A stretch of DNA of 33,452 nt from Spirochaetaceae bacterium (GCA_031280705.1 JAITGJ010000104.1:1-33452), one strand, 5' to 3'; counted from the first letter of the stretch, positions 7,723 through 17,634 are shown. Translations and numbers: made by a program. The notes: generated by a model not told the origin, from the letters alone.

Positions 7723-10128
7723 TTATCCATAGCGGTTCCGGTACGCCGCAAAGTACGAAACCGGCGGCGCGTTTTCCCCGCCTTCCGGGTCTTTTGCAAG
7801 GACCTTTTCCCGGCGCATATCCACAAGCGCCTCCCCTGCGGAAAGGCGGCGAAGCCGGTACGCTTTTTCATCTTTGGCCGCCACATATTCCGCCGGATTT
7901 CCATAGGCAAATCCCCACAGCAGCGCCGCGGGCGCATATTTTTTTGTTCCTTCCGGAATGGTAAAACACGCCGCCTCTTCCGCCGCGAGACCCCGTGAAA
8001 GCTTCGCGTTAAGCGCGCGGCAAAATTGCGCGGCGTCCATTTCCGCCGCAAGATCGACCGCGGCAATTTCCCCGGCGGCCTGGATGCCGATGGAAAGCGG
8101 CGCGGCAAAACCGATACGCGGGAGCGGATTAAAACCCTCACTGTAGCGTGCGTCAATGCCCGCACGGAGCAGCGCCGCGGAAAAAACTTCGATAAGCGCA
8201 AGGTGGGGAAGCCAGACGGCGCTTGCTGATTTGGAGAAGGAAAAAAGCATCCGGTACACCGTTCCGCCGGAAGGTGATTTTTTTACGGCGGCGGCGCCGT
8301 TTTCAGCCGCGCCGGAAACAGCGCCGCTGTTTCGTGTTACCCTCCCCCGCTTTGGACATACGCCGCAGGGATGCTCGCATGCCTCCGCGCAGGGAGAAGA
8401 AAGCACGGCGCGCCGCGCTTTTTCCGCTTCCTGTTCAAGAAACGCGGCGGCGCTTCCCGAATCAATGGAAGCCCAGGGAAGCGTTTCCGTAACCGAGCGG
8501 GCGGCAAGATATGTTTCCGCAAGCGGCGCATATTTTTCAAACAGGGCTTTCCAGATATCTCTTTTGAAGTATTCATCCCATGCGTCAAGACGGCATCCCG
8601 CGTTAAACGCTTCTTCAATAACACCGGCCGCCCGTTCATCGCCCCGGGAGAGAAACCCCTCCACCGCCGATACAAAGGGATCTGCGGTAGTAACCTTGTG
8701 CCCCAGTTCCCGAAGCGTATTCCGTATACGCACGAGCATTTTTTGCGCCGTTTCCGCATCCATCTGGGCGGCGCGCTCAAACGGCGTATGCGGCTTGGGA
8801 ACAAAAACACCGACATTAACGGAAAAGTGCGTCCGCGTTTCCTGTGCAAGGCTCCGGATAAAATCAATAATCGCCCCGGCTTCATCAATTTGATAGGCAC
8901 CGTTTCCGCCCGGCTCTGGAAGGCCGATCATAAAATAAAATTTTACGCCCTTAAACCCGCGCTTCCGCGCTTCCCGGATAATCGCGGCGACACTTTCAGG
9001 CGTTACCGTTTTATTGATCGAAAACTGCCGCGCTTCTTCCGGCGTTTCAACGGCAAAGGTAAGGCCGCTTTTTCGCACCCGGACGATCTTTTCCAGAAGG
9101 TTAAGGGAAAAACTGGAAACCTTGAGGGAAGGGAGCTGGAACGAAACATGACGGGCGGCGTAATCACTGTTGAGCGCGTCAAGAAGTTCCTCAAGATGAT
9201 CGTAATCGCCCGACGAAAGCGAGGAAAGGCTGATTTCCCGGTAGCCCCCTTCCCGCACAAAAGCGTCTACTTCCTCCCGCACCAGGGCGGAGGCTTTCTG
9301 CCGCATGGGGCGGTACCAAATTCCCGCCTGGCAGAAGCGGCAGCCGTTCGGGCAGCCGCGCATAATTTCTACCGCGCCGTGGTGCTGGACGGCACGGATT
9401 CCCGGCACGGGAAATACGGCGGCTTTTCTTTTTTCGCGGGCAAACGCGGAATCAACGGCCCGGCACACGGCTCCCGCTTTCCCCGCGTAATACACCGACG
9501 GGTGCGCGGCAAGGAGCGCGCCCAGGGCGGCCCTCCCCTCCCCGTTCCGCTTCAGGGCGGAAAGATCGCGGGCAAGATCAAAAAAACCGCCTTCGGCTTC
9601 GCCTATCCAAAAAGCGTCGATAAAATCCACACACGGCCGGGGATTTGCCGCCGCGGGCCCGCCGAGAAGAACGAGCGGATCGCCGTTTTTTCTGCCGCGC
9701 GCCCTGAGGGGAATATGCGCGTCTTCCAGCATGGAAAGAACGCCGGTTATGCCGAGTTCATATCCCAGCGTAAAACAGAGCACGTCCGTATCGCCAAGGG
9801 CGATTCCCGTGTCGAGGCCATAGAGGGGAATATTCTTTTCCCGAAGGACGGCGGCAAAATCGGGCGCCGCCGCAAACGCGCGGTCAGCGGCAATGCCGTC
9901 AATTTCGTTCAGCCGGTTATAAAGAATTTTCAGCGCCTGGTTTGACATGCCGATCTCATACAGGTCAGGAAAACAAATTGCCATGCGCAGTGTTTCTGTT
10001 TTTTCCATTACGCGGCGGCAGGCGAGGCATCCATATTCGCCGCCTGAGTAGCGGGCCGGTTTTTCTACCGAAAGGAACGCATCCCGGATTTCCGTGCCGG
10101 GGTCTACAAAGCGGATCGTTTTCATCAC
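7723..10128 (-). CDS. Radical SAM protein of unknown function: B12-binding-like/radical-SAM domain (TIGR03960-like) fused to a C-terminal DUF2344 domain (TIGR03936-like)
   Basis: 801-aa ORF. N-terminus FLSVEKPARYSGGEYG, CX3CX2C cluster motif MRGCPNGCRFCQAG, and a DUF2344-like C-terminal about 200 aa (YRMLFSFSKSASAVWLPHLALIEVFSAALLRAGIDARYSEGFNPLPRIGFAAPLSIG). It starts 4 nt (GTG) or 7 nt (ATG) after the rodA stop. Confidence 0.85.
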   Translation of the reverse strand: MMKTIRFVDPGTEIRDAFLSVEKPARYSGGEYGCLACRRVMEKTETLRMAICFPDLYEIGMSNQALKILYNRLNEIDGIAADRAFAAAPDFAAVLREKNIPLYGLDTGIALGDTDVLCFTLGYELGITGVLSMLEDAHIPLRARGRKNGDPLVLLGGPAAANPRPCVDFIDAFWIGEAEGGFFDLARDLSALKRNGEGRAALGALLAAHPSVYYAGKAGAVCRAVDSAFAREKRKAAVFPVPGIRAVQHHGAVEIMRGCPNGCRFCQAGIWYRPMRQKASALVREEVDAFVREGGYREISLSSLSSGDYDHLEELLDALNSDYAARHVSFQLPSLKVSSFSLNLLEKIVRVRKSGLTFAVETPEEARQFSINKTVTPESVAAIIREARKRGFKGVKFYFMIGLPEPGGNGAYQIDEAGAIIDFIRSLAQETRTHFSVNVGVFVPKPHTPFERAAQMDAETAQKMLVRIRNTLRELGHKVTTADPFVSAVEGFLSRGDERAAGVIEEAFNAGCRLDAWDEYFKRDIWKALFEKYAPLAETYLAARSVTETLPWASIDSGSAAAFLEQEAEKARRAVLSSPCAEACEHPCGVCPKRGRVTRNSGAVSGAAENGAAAVKKSPSGGTVYRMLFSFSKSASAVWLPHLALIEVFSAALLRAGIDARYSEGFNPLPRIGFAAPLSIGIQAAGEIAAVDLAAEMDAAQFCRALNAKLSRGLAAEEAACFTIPEGTKKYAPAALLWGFAYGNPAEYVAAKDEKAYRLRRLSAGEALVDMRREKVLAKDPEGGENAPPVSYFAAYRNRYG

Positions 10129-10132
10129 GGGA

Positions 10133-11446
10133 CTACCGGTGCTGGTAACGGTGGGCGTTGACGCTCAGCGCGAGGCCGATGCCCGCCATGGCGGAAATCA
10201 TCGCGGAACCGCCGTAGGACATAAACATGAGCGGGATGCCGGTAATCGGCATAATGCCCATCGTCATGCCGACATTGACCAGGAAGTGAAACGCATACAT
10301 CGCCGAAAGCCCCGCGGTAGTAAAAATACCGAACGGATCGGTCGTGATCCGCATGACACGCACGAGGCGGAGGCATATCAGCAGAAAAAGCGCGAACACG
10401 ACGATGCCTCCGGCCATGCCCCATTCTTCCGAAAAAATGGAAAAAATAAAATCCGTACTTTGCTGCGGCAAAAAACGGTAATGGCTCTGCGTCCCCTGAA
10501 GATAGCCCTTTCCCCAGAGCCCGCCGGACCCGATTGCGGTAATGGACTGGATGATGTGCCAGCCTGACCCCTGCGGATCGACATTGGGGTCAAGAAACAC
10601 AATCAGGCGCATAACCTGATAATCCTTGAGGAAACGGTGCGAAACAAACGACGCCCCAAGAGACAGAATCACTATCGACGACACATAAACAATCCAGTAA
10701 AAATACCGCTTTTTATAGCGGAAAAACCCGAACAGCGCAATCAAAAGAACGGCGAGAAACGCGAGAACCGTAAGCGCAATAAAACGCGCGTTCAGCAGTA
10801 TTTGAATCGCGGAAAAACCGCCCCGCAGAATATACGACTGCCAGAGCGGAAGCACCGAGAAAATGCCGGTTAGAGCGATAAACATGATGAGAAAAAGTAC
10901 ATACCGCAGGGAAATCTTCGCGATAAAGGTCATCACGAGGAGTATGGGAACAAAAACCAGCGAAGTTCCAAAATCGGGCTGAATCAGCACGATGGCCATC
11001 GGTACAAAAACAATGATACAGGAAACAAGAAAACGCAGAAAAGAGTTGGGACTGCGGGAGGAAGCATCGAGATACCGGGCCAGAAACAGAATCGTGGTAA
11101 TTTTGGCGAATTCCGACGGCTGAATTCCAAAAGAACCGATGCCAAGCCATGCGCGCGCGCCTGAAACCATACGTCCAAAAAGGCAGGTATAAATGAGGAG
11201 GGCGATAGCGCTGATATAAAAATAGAGGGAAAGTTCATAGAGCCTGCGGTAATTGATCATCGCAAGCGTTACCGCAAATGCGAGTCCCGCCGCGGCAAAG
11301 GCGATTTGGCGCGCATATTCGAGCGAGACCTGAACGCCCGATGAATTGACGCCGGAGGAATAAATAAAAAGCACGCCGAATATCGACAGAATTACCGCCG
11401 GAAAAAGGATGGCGTAATCAATGCCAAGGAGGTCCCGGAGTTTCAC
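10133..11446 (-). CDS. rodA: Rod-shape-determining SEDS glycosyltransferase RodA (FtsW/RodA/SpoVE family)
   Basis: 437-aa polytopic membrane protein with SEDS motifs (GARAWLGIGSFGIQPSEFAK, GSGWHIIQSITAIGSGGLWGKG, QQSTDFIFSIFSEEWG). The GTG start overlaps the mrdA stop (TAGTG). Confidence 0.9.
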   Translation of the reverse strand: MKLRDLLGIDYAILFPAVILSIFGVLFIYSSGVNSSGVQVSLEYARQIAFAAAGLAFAVTLAMINYRRLYELSLYFYISAIALLIYTCLFGRMVSGARAWLGIGSFGIQPSEFAKITTILFLARYLDASSRSPNSFLRFLVSCIIVFVPMAIVLIQPDFGTSLVFVPILLVMTFIAKISLRYVLFLIMFIALTGIFSVLPLWQSYILRGGFSAIQILLNARFIALTVLAFLAVLLIALFGFFRYKKRYFYWIVYVSSIVILSLGASFVSHRFLKDYQVMRLIVFLDPNVDPQGSGWHIIQSITAIGSGGLWGKGYLQGTQSHYRFLPQQSTDFIFSIFSEEWGMAGGIVVFALFLLICLRLVRVMRITTDPFGIFTTAGLSAMYAFHFLVNVGMTMGIMPITGIPLMFMSYGGSAMISAMAGIGLALSVNAHRYQHR

Positions 11447-13332
11447 TATTCCCGCCGCCCCTGAATCGGCATGATATACTGAAGGCCGAGGCTCCGCACC
11501 GCGTCTTCGTATGTTTCACGGGCGAAAATGCCCTGGAAAATAATCGCGCTCGCATAGGGCGCCCACCACTCCCAGTCGTTGACCGCTTCAACAATGATGG
11601 AAACAACAACCCGCTCTTCGGGATTCGCCGTTTCGTAGGGCGCAAAGGCGGTAAACCAGGAATGCCAGCGGTTCTGGAGGCCCACTTCGCCGGTTCCGGT
11701 TTTTCCCGCTATTTGCACGGATTTTATGTTGAGCGGAAACTGCGCGGTGCCTTCGCTGATAACGGTGCGCATATCCCGCCGCACGCGGGCAAAAATTTCA
11801 GGCGTAACCGTGCTCCGGTGGATCACTTCACGGGCCGCCGCTGATTCCACCGCGCCCGACACGGGGTCCCGCACCTCTTTCAGCACATGGGGCCGGTAAA
11901 CAACACCGTCATTGACGGTCATGGCCGTCATGTTCGCCATCTGGAGCGGGGTTACCAGCGTGTATCCCTGGCCGATGGACATATTCATCGTGTCGCCGCC
12001 GAGCCACCGCTCGTGAAAGCGCCGATCCTTCCACTGGGGAGTCGGCACAAAGCCCGCGATTTCGCCCGGAAGGTCAATGCCGGCTGTTTCGCCGAATCCG
12101 TATTCACGCGCATGGTTGACGATGCGTTCAACGCCCAGGTGATCGCGCCCGACTACCCAGTAGTAAATGTCGCAGCTTTTTGCCATCGCCCGCTGGAGAT
12201 TGAGCCGTCCATGGCCGGGCTTTCCCACATGACAGTGAAAAAGCCGGTCCCCGTAGGCAACTTCGCCGGAACACTCAACGGACTGTTCGGGGGAAAATAC
12301 ACCTTCCGACAGTATTCCTGTCGTCATTACAATTTTGAATGTGGACGCGGGAGGGTAGCTTGATTGAATCGCCCGGTTGAGGAGCGGCTTGTTGGGATCG
12401 CTGATAAGGGCCTGGTATTCGCTTCCCGCGTCGGCATGGGTAAAAATATTGGGATCGTACCAGGGCCAGGAAACCATGGCGAGTATTTCCCCGTTTGACG
12501 GGCGCAGAACCACAATCGCTCCCATGCGTTTTCCCAGGGCTTTTTCCGCGAGAGTCTGAATGGAACGGTCAACGGTCAGCACAAGATTCTTCCCCGGCTC
12601 CGGCGCCTCGCGGAAAAGGTTTTCGTCTCCGGTAACGCGCCGTCCGCGCACGTCAACTGTCCGCGTTTCCCGGCCCTTCCGTCCTCGCAAAAAATCGTCG
12701 TACTGCCGTTCCAGACCGGTCTTCCCGATAATGTCCCCCTGCTGATAGCCCTGGTTGTACATCATGGTAAGCTCTTCCTGGGTGATATTTCCCACATAGC
12801 CGGTGATATGGGAAAGGCTCCCCAACTCCGCGTAATTACGCACGGGCTTTGGCTGCCAGGAAACGCCCGGCAGTTTATCGGCGTTTTCCGCGATGGAAGA
12901 AACGGCGGCAAAACTGAGGCCGGAGGCAACTTCTACCGGCTGATACAGATAGTAGGACGAAGCGGGCACGCGCCGCGCGATTTGTTCGCGGGGGACGCGC
13001 AGAATACCGGCAAGGCGGGTAAGTACCGTCTCGATTTCATCCCGGCCGATTTCCGCGGGCGTAACGCTTACCGCGAAAGAATCCGTGTTGGAAACCAGCG
13101 GCGCACCGAAATTCCGGTCGAATATTTCTCCCCGCCGCGCGGCGATAACCGCGGTTCTGCGGGCAATATGCTCCGCGCGGCTCTGGTAGACTTCGCCGTT
13201 TAGTATCTGCATGGCAAAAAGCCGCGCCGCGTATACCAGAAAAATCGCGACAAAAATACCCTGGAGAATGCGTACTCTGGCGCTTGTTTTTTCCCCGCCG
13301 GAGAAAAAGGAAAATCCGTCACGCGGCGGCAC
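11446..13332 (-). CDS. mrdA: Penicillin-binding protein 2 (elongasome transpeptidase)
   Basis: 628 aa with an N-terminal TM helix and the motifs STFK, SCD (SxD) and KTGTGE. It sits between mreD and rodA. Confidence 0.9.
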   Translation of the reverse strand: MPPRDGFSFFSGGEKTSARVRILQGIFVAIFLVYAARLFAMQILNGEVYQSRAEHIARRTAVIAARRGEIFDRNFGAPLVSNTDSFAVSVTPAEIGRDEIETVLTRLAGILRVPREQIARRVPASSYYLYQPVEVASGLSFAAVSSIAENADKLPGVSWQPKPVRNYAELGSLSHITGYVGNITQEELTMMYNQGYQQGDIIGKTGLERQYDDFLRGRKGRETRTVDVRGRRVTGDENLFREAPEPGKNLVLTVDRSIQTLAEKALGKRMGAIVVLRPSNGEILAMVSWPWYDPNIFTHADAGSEYQALISDPNKPLLNRAIQSSYPPASTFKIVMTTGILSEGVFSPEQSVECSGEVAYGDRLFHCHVGKPGHGRLNLQRAMAKSCDIYYWVVGRDHLGVERIVNHAREYGFGETAGIDLPGEIAGFVPTPQWKDRRFHERWLGGDTMNMSIGQGYTLVTPLQMANMTAMTVNDGVVYRPHVLKEVRDPVSGAVESAAAREVIHRSTVTPEIFARVRRDMRTVISEGTAQFPLNIKSVQIAGKTGTGEVGLQNRWHSWFTAFAPYETANPEERVVVSIIVEAVNDWEWWAPYASAIIFQGIFARETYEDAVRSLGLQYIMPIQGRRE

Positions 13333-13835
13333 TAGTTTTCCCTCCGTACGGAAAGCAGCGGATTAAAATGCCTGAGAAAAAAGAACAAAAGCGGCGCGGT
13401 GGTTATGTTGAGCAGTAATTCCGTCCAGAGAACCGGCTCAAACAGGCGGTAGGCAGGAACGGCTCCTGAAAACAGAAAGTGGAGCGCGAGGAGGATCAGC
13501 GCCTTGCCGAACGTCGCTCCCGCGGCAAGCGCCATGGGCAAAAACAGGGCGTCGAGAAAAAAGGCCCCCCGCACGAGTCCGCACGCGGCGCCGAGCAGGG
13601 TACGGAGCAGGGCGTTAAGGCCGAGCGGAGAGGCGGAAAGAAAATCAAGAAGGATGCCGGAACAGAACCCGGCGAGTTGTCCGGTCATGGTGCCGTTAAG
13701 ATAGGCGGAATAAATCAGGATGCCGAGGGCAAGATCGGGAACGGTCCCGTACACGGCCAGGCGTCCCAGTAGCGTGGACTGTAATATCCCCGCGACAAGC
13801 GCGAAAATAGCCGTCCAAACAACACTGCGCGCCAT
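13332..13835 (-). CDS. mreD: Rod-shape-determining protein MreD
   Basis: 167-aa protein that is hydrophobic across its whole length, in the mreC-mreD-mrdA position. Its ATG overlaps the mreC stop (TAATG). Confidence 0.8.
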   Translation of the reverse strand: MARSVVWTAIFALVAGILQSTLLGRLAVYGTVPDLALGILIYSAYLNGTMTGQLAGFCSGILLDFLSASPLGLNALLRTLLGAACGLVRGAFFLDALFLPMALAAGATFGKALILLALHFLFSGAVPAYRLFEPVLWTELLLNITTAPLLFFFLRHFNPLLSVRREN

Positions 13836-14806
13836 TACGCCGCTCCCCCGCCGCCTGAGTCCACAGCCCCGTCTTCCGGTGATGCCTGCGGGCTTTCGCC
13901 GGTATCACCGGCGGGCGGAGATCCGGACGGAAGATCGCCCTGGCGGTCTATCACAAATACATATTCCAGCCGTGAAAAATCAACGGCGGCGTCAATTTCC
14001 GCTTCCATGGAAGTCTCGTCTTCCCGGAACATCACGCGCCGTACCCGGCCGATATTGACGCCCGGCGGATATACCGCGCCGCCGCCGGTGTTTCCGATGC
14101 CGGAGCTTATCACCATATCGCCCACATTGATTTCGTCCCGCGCGCGCCGGGAAATAAGCCGCATGGCAAGGGGGTAGTTCCGCTGCCCCCGTCCTTCCAC
14201 AAGCCCGTCGTAGCGGGAAGACGCGAAGCGGGCGGGCACAAAACTGCTCGTGTCGTAAACGGGCATCACCAGACTTTCAAACTGCCCGGCCTGAACTACC
14301 TTGCCTACCAGCGCCTGCACCCCGTCCTGAAAGGCGATGACTGACATATTGTAATCCACGCCGTGCCGCTTCCCCTTGTTGATGACAAGGGAGGAAAAAA
14401 GATTGTTCGGATCGCGGCCAATGATCTCCGCGGCGATATGCCGGTACGTTATTTCCCGCGCAAATCCAAGCTGTTCCCGCAGACGGTAGTTTTCCTGCCG
14501 TATTTCCGCCGCGCTCCGTTCAAGCCGCTCGTACTGTTCCACCCGGACGGCGAGTTCCGTATACTGTTTCTGGAGAAGCGCAAGGGCCTGTATGGAATTG
14601 ATCGTTCCGCCTATCCAGGCGGACACCGCGTGAATGCCGCCCCGCACGCCGGAATACATGGAAAGGCCGGTGTTTTTTACGTCGATCACAAAACTCGACG
14701 TTGAAAAAAAGAGCAGCAAAAATGATACCAAACCCAGGCCCGCGAAAACAAACAGATTGGCGTTAAGTTCCCTGGGCTGCTGTTTCCGTCCTCCGCCGGT
14801 TTTCAT
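13835..14806 (-). CDS. mreC: Rod-shape-determining protein MreC
   Basis: 323 aa: N-terminal TM helix, coiled coil (LLQKQYTELAVRVEQYERLERSAAEIRQENYRLREQLGF), a beta-rich MreC core, and a low-complexity Gly/Pro/Ser tail. Confidence 0.9.
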   Translation of the reverse strand: MKTGGGRKQQPRELNANLFVFAGLGLVSFLLLFFSTSSFVIDVKNTGLSMYSGVRGGIHAVSAWIGGTINSIQALALLQKQYTELAVRVEQYERLERSAAEIRQENYRLREQLGFAREITYRHIAAEIIGRDPNNLFSSLVINKGKRHGVDYNMSVIAFQDGVQALVGKVVQAGQFESLVMPVYDTSSFVPARFASSRYDGLVEGRGQRNYPLAMRLISRRARDEINVGDMVISSGIGNTGGGAVYPPGVNIGRVRRVMFREDETSMEAEIDAAVDFSRLEYVFVIDRQGDLPSGSPPAGDTGESPQASPEDGAVDSGGGGAA

Positions 14807-14846
14807 GACCGTTTCGCTCCGTTTCGCCGTTTGGGGTACGTCCGGA

Positions 14847-15875
14847 CTATCCGTTCAGATTATCGTAGATACTGCGGGTCGTGTCGAACCCTTTCGCGTT
14901 TTCAAAATACTTCCCCGCGCCCAGCGCGACGCAGTCCAGCGGCCGCTCGGCGAGGAACACCGGAACGCCCGTTTCGTTGGAAATAAGTTTGGGGAGTCCT
15001 TTGAGCAGAGAGCCGCCCCCGGTCATCACGATGCCCCGTTCAACAATATCGGCGGCCAGTTCCGGCGGCGTCTGCCCCAGCGTGGTTTTTATTTCTTCGA
15101 TAATTTGGGAGATGGGGTCCTTGAGCGCCTCGCGCACCTCTACGGAGTCCATTTCGAGGCGGCGGGGAAGCCCGGTAATGGCGTCGGTCCCCTTGATTTC
15201 AACCTTTTCAATGGTTTTGTCCGGAGAGGCGTTGCCGATTTCAATTTTGAGCCGTTCAGCGGTCTGTTCGCCGATGATCAGATTGTGGATGCCGCGTACA
15301 TGTTTGATGATCGCTTCGTCAAATTCATCGCCGCCCAGCCGGATCGCGTTGGTAACAACCATGCCGCCCAGAGAAATTACCGAAATCTCCGTGGTGCCGC
15401 CGCCGATATCGCAGATCATGTGGCCCGCGGGCTCAAAAATGGGAATGTCCGCGCCGATGGCGGCGGCGCGGCTTTCCTCGATGACCATCACTTCTCGCGC
15501 GCCGGCCTTGTACGCGCTTTCTTCCACGGCCCGCCGTTCGACCTCGGTAATGCACGACGGTATTCCCACCACCACCCGCGGCTTAAACAGCCGGTAGCGG
15601 GGCAGCGCCTTGGAGATAAAGTAGCGGATCATTTTTTCCGTTGATTCAAGATCCGCAATAACCCCGTCCCGCAGGGGACGTATGGCGATGATGTTGCCGG
15701 GAGTTTTCCAGAGCATACGCTTGGCGTCCGCCCCAACGGCCATGACCTTTTTGGTTCCCCGTTCGACCGCCACCACCGACGGTTCGTTGATAACGATACC
15801 CTTTCCCTGCACATAAATAAGGGTATTGCAGGTTCCCAGATCGATGCCGATGTCCTGAGACCGTAATCCAAACAT
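14847..15875 (-). CDS. mreB: Actin-like rod-shape protein MreB
   Basis: 342 aa with MreB signatures ([50 protein letters not shown]). A strong GGGAGGAAAGT Shine-Dalgarno sequence precedes the ATG. Confidence 0.95.
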   Translation of the reverse strand: MFGLRSQDIGIDLGTCNTLIYVQGKGIVINEPSVVAVERGTKKVMAVGADAKRMLWKTPGNIIAIRPLRDGVIADLESTEKMIRYFISKALPRYRLFKPRVVVGIPSCITEVERRAVEESAYKAGAREVMVIEESRAAAIGADIPIFEPAGHMICDIGGGTTEISVISLGGMVVTNAIRLGGDEFDEAIIKHVRGIHNLIIGEQTAERLKIEIGNASPDKTIEKVEIKGTDAITGLPRRLEMDSVEVREALKDPISQIIEEIKTTLGQTPPELAADIVERGIVMTGGGSLLKGLPKLISNETGVPVFLAERPLDCVALGAGKYFENAKGFDTTRSIYDNLNG

Positions 15876-15915
15876 ACTTTCCTCCCTGGCCCCGCGGCCA
15901 ACATAAATTCCGTGT

Positions 15916-16887
15916 TTACAGATTGAGCCGCGTCCGGGCCTGCCGGTGGGCGGGATCGATCCAGAGCGCCCGCCGCCATTCGGCCCGCGCCCGCGTCGCG
16001 TTTCCGCCGCGCGCGTACAGTTCCCCCAGCCGGAAATGCGCCTCGGCGTTTTCCCCGTCTTCCGCCAGAATCGCTGTGTACCACGTTTCGGCGGCGGTAA
16101 TATCCCCCGCCGCCGAGGCGATCTCTCCCAAAAAGAGCCGCGCGTTGGTTTTTACCGCGGCGTCCCGCGACGTTTCCAGAAGCCGGAGCAAATAGGCCCG
16201 GGCCTGGGCGGTTTCCTCAAGGGCAAGATAGGAACGGGCGATGTTAAGGAGCAGCAAATCCGAAGGAGTCGCGTCCCCGACGACGCCCGCGCTCGCGGCG
16301 TCCGCTTCCGTTGAAAGGGCTTCTGAAAAAGCGGCGACGCTTCCGCGGTAATCGTGAATGGCCGCGTAGGCGAGGCCCAGCAGTTCATTCATATCGGCTG
16401 AACGGTAGCCGCCGTCCCGCGCCTCCTCAAGGTAGCGCACCGCAAGGTCTTCGTAACCGGACCCCTTGTAGTAATATGCTTTGCCCAGCACATAATGTAT
16501 GCGAAAATCGCCGGGCCCTTCCCGGCAGAGAAGCGCCTTTCTGAGCGAGCGGACACACTCATCGGCGTATAGTTCCGTATCATGCGCGTTGATCTGCGCC
16601 ACGGCAAGCTGAAAGGCGCTGAACCCGTGTATGGTAAGAAAAAGAAAATCCATGGGATTCCCGGCGAGTTTTTCCGCGCTCGCGTCGAACGCCTCCCGGT
16701 ACGAGCCGCGTTCCCATAACTCAAGCAGTTCCCGGCGGCCCGCCGCCTGCCGGTTTTTCCAGCCCGCAAAGACAATGCCGCCGCTCCCGGCGATCATAAA
16801 AAAAAGTACCAGGATAACGGCGGTACGAATCGCGTGTTTCCGGTGTAGCTGCGCTCCAAAGGCGGTTCGGTTTCGTGATGCGGACAT
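15916..16887 (-). CDS. Membrane-anchored TPR repeat protein
   Basis: 323 aa with one N-terminal TM helix ([21 protein letters not shown]) followed by TPR-like repeats ([32 protein letters not shown]). It is immediately upstream of mreB on the same strand. Confidence 0.65.
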   Translation of the reverse strand: MSASRNRTAFGAQLHRKHAIRTAVILVLFFMIAGSGGIVFAGWKNRQAAGRRELLELWERGSYREAFDASAEKLAGNPMDFLFLTIHGFSAFQLAVAQINAHDTELYADECVRSLRKALLCREGPGDFRIHYVLGKAYYYKGSGYEDLAVRYLEEARDGGYRSADMNELLGLAYAAIHDYRGSVAAFSEALSTEADAASAGVVGDATPSDLLLLNIARSYLALEETAQARAYLLRLLETSRDAAVKTNARLFLGEIASAAGDITAAETWYTAILAEDGENAEAHFRLGELYARGGNATRARAEWRRALWIDPAHRQARTRLNL

Positions 16888-16892
16888 GTTTT

Positions 16893-16921
16893 CTTATACA
16901 AACTATCGGCGAAAAAGTCAA
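16893..16921 (-). promoter_or_regulatory. Sigma-70-type promoter: TTGACT, 17-bp spacer, TATAAG, ending 5 nt before the TPR gene ATG
   Basis: On the minus strand the -35 is TTGACT (16921-16916), the spacer is 17 nt, and the -10 is TATAAG (16898-16893). AAAAC then precedes ATG at 16887. There is no Shine-Dalgarno sequence. Confidence 0.5.
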
Positions 16922-17031
16922 CGGAATGAATGCTCTCTTGCCATCAACGCAGGCGGGCCGTTCGCGGCGCGGCACACTTCGTTTGGACAAATCTTCGCGC
17001 AGCCGGAAGATTCCGGGTAAAAGCCATAAAA

Positions 17032-17526
17032 AAACGATGAACCGGTAAGCCGGATTCTGTAAGCCGCCGGGGCGGTCAGACCGCCCCGGCGGCCTTGCCG
17101 CCATCTATCTGGGCCGGACCTTGCGTACCGGCTCCCGCAGTCTACCCGTGCTTAACCGGCGGGCCGCCGGGAGCCGGTTTCCCGGAGGAAACCGGCAACA
17201 CACTGCTTGACTTTGCTCCTGATGAGGTTTGCCGCTTCCCGGTCCTGCCGAAAACGGCGTGCGTTTTAGGCAGGACCGGGAATTTTCCGGTACCGTCGCC
17301 GGTACCGGGGTGGGCTCTTACCCCGCCGTTTCACCCTTGCCGCGCGGGCAGGGGCTTTGCCCGAGACCCGCCGGCGGTATACTTTCTGTTGCGCTGTCTG
17401 TCGGAAAAGGATTGCTCCCTTCCCGCCCGGGAGTTACCCGGCATCATGCCCTCTGGAGCCCGGACTTTCCTCCCCGTTCCTGTTTCCCGAAGGAGCCATA
17501 ACGGAGCGGCAGCCTGGTTCATCGTT
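17032..17526 (-). ncRNA. rnpB: RNase P RNA, bacterial type A
   Basis: The minus strand contains GGGGAGGAAAGUCCGGGCUCC, GGGUAAC, ACAGAAAGUAUACCGCC, GGCAAGGGUGAAACGGCGGGGUAAGAGCCCACC, GGAGCAAAGUCAAGCAG, GGGUAGACUGC, AGAUAGAUGG and ACAGAAUCCGGCUUACCGG, in the same order as E. coli M1 RNA. P1 is formed by AACGAUGAACC (17526-17516) and GGUUCAUCGUU (17042-17032), followed by a U7 run. Confidence 0.9.
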
Positions 17527-17634
17527 ATTGCCACATTCACGCCACGCGCGTGATTCGCGCCGGCGTCTCCCACGGGAAACCCGTCCCGGCGCTCCGGCAA
17601 CCCATGCCGCCCGCGCCGCTTCGGCCCCCTCCCG

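Noticed and set aside
8113-8122. Solitary copy of the repeat core GATACGCGGG inside the radical SAM coding region
   Set aside because: It is a single 10-nt match within a GC-rich CDS, lacks the rest of the unit and the dyad partner, and is most likely chance.
8371-9945. 524-aa plus-strand ORF (and 7958-8893 ORFs) antisense to the radical SAM gene
   Set aside because: The translation is Arg/Lys/Gly-rich without motifs. The minus-strand frame carries the CX3CX2C radical SAM signature and the DUF2344 region.
14634-15644. 336-aa and 238-aa plus-strand ORFs antisense to mreB/mreC
   Set aside because: They are shadow ORFs in a high-GC region. MreB motifs are on the minus strand.
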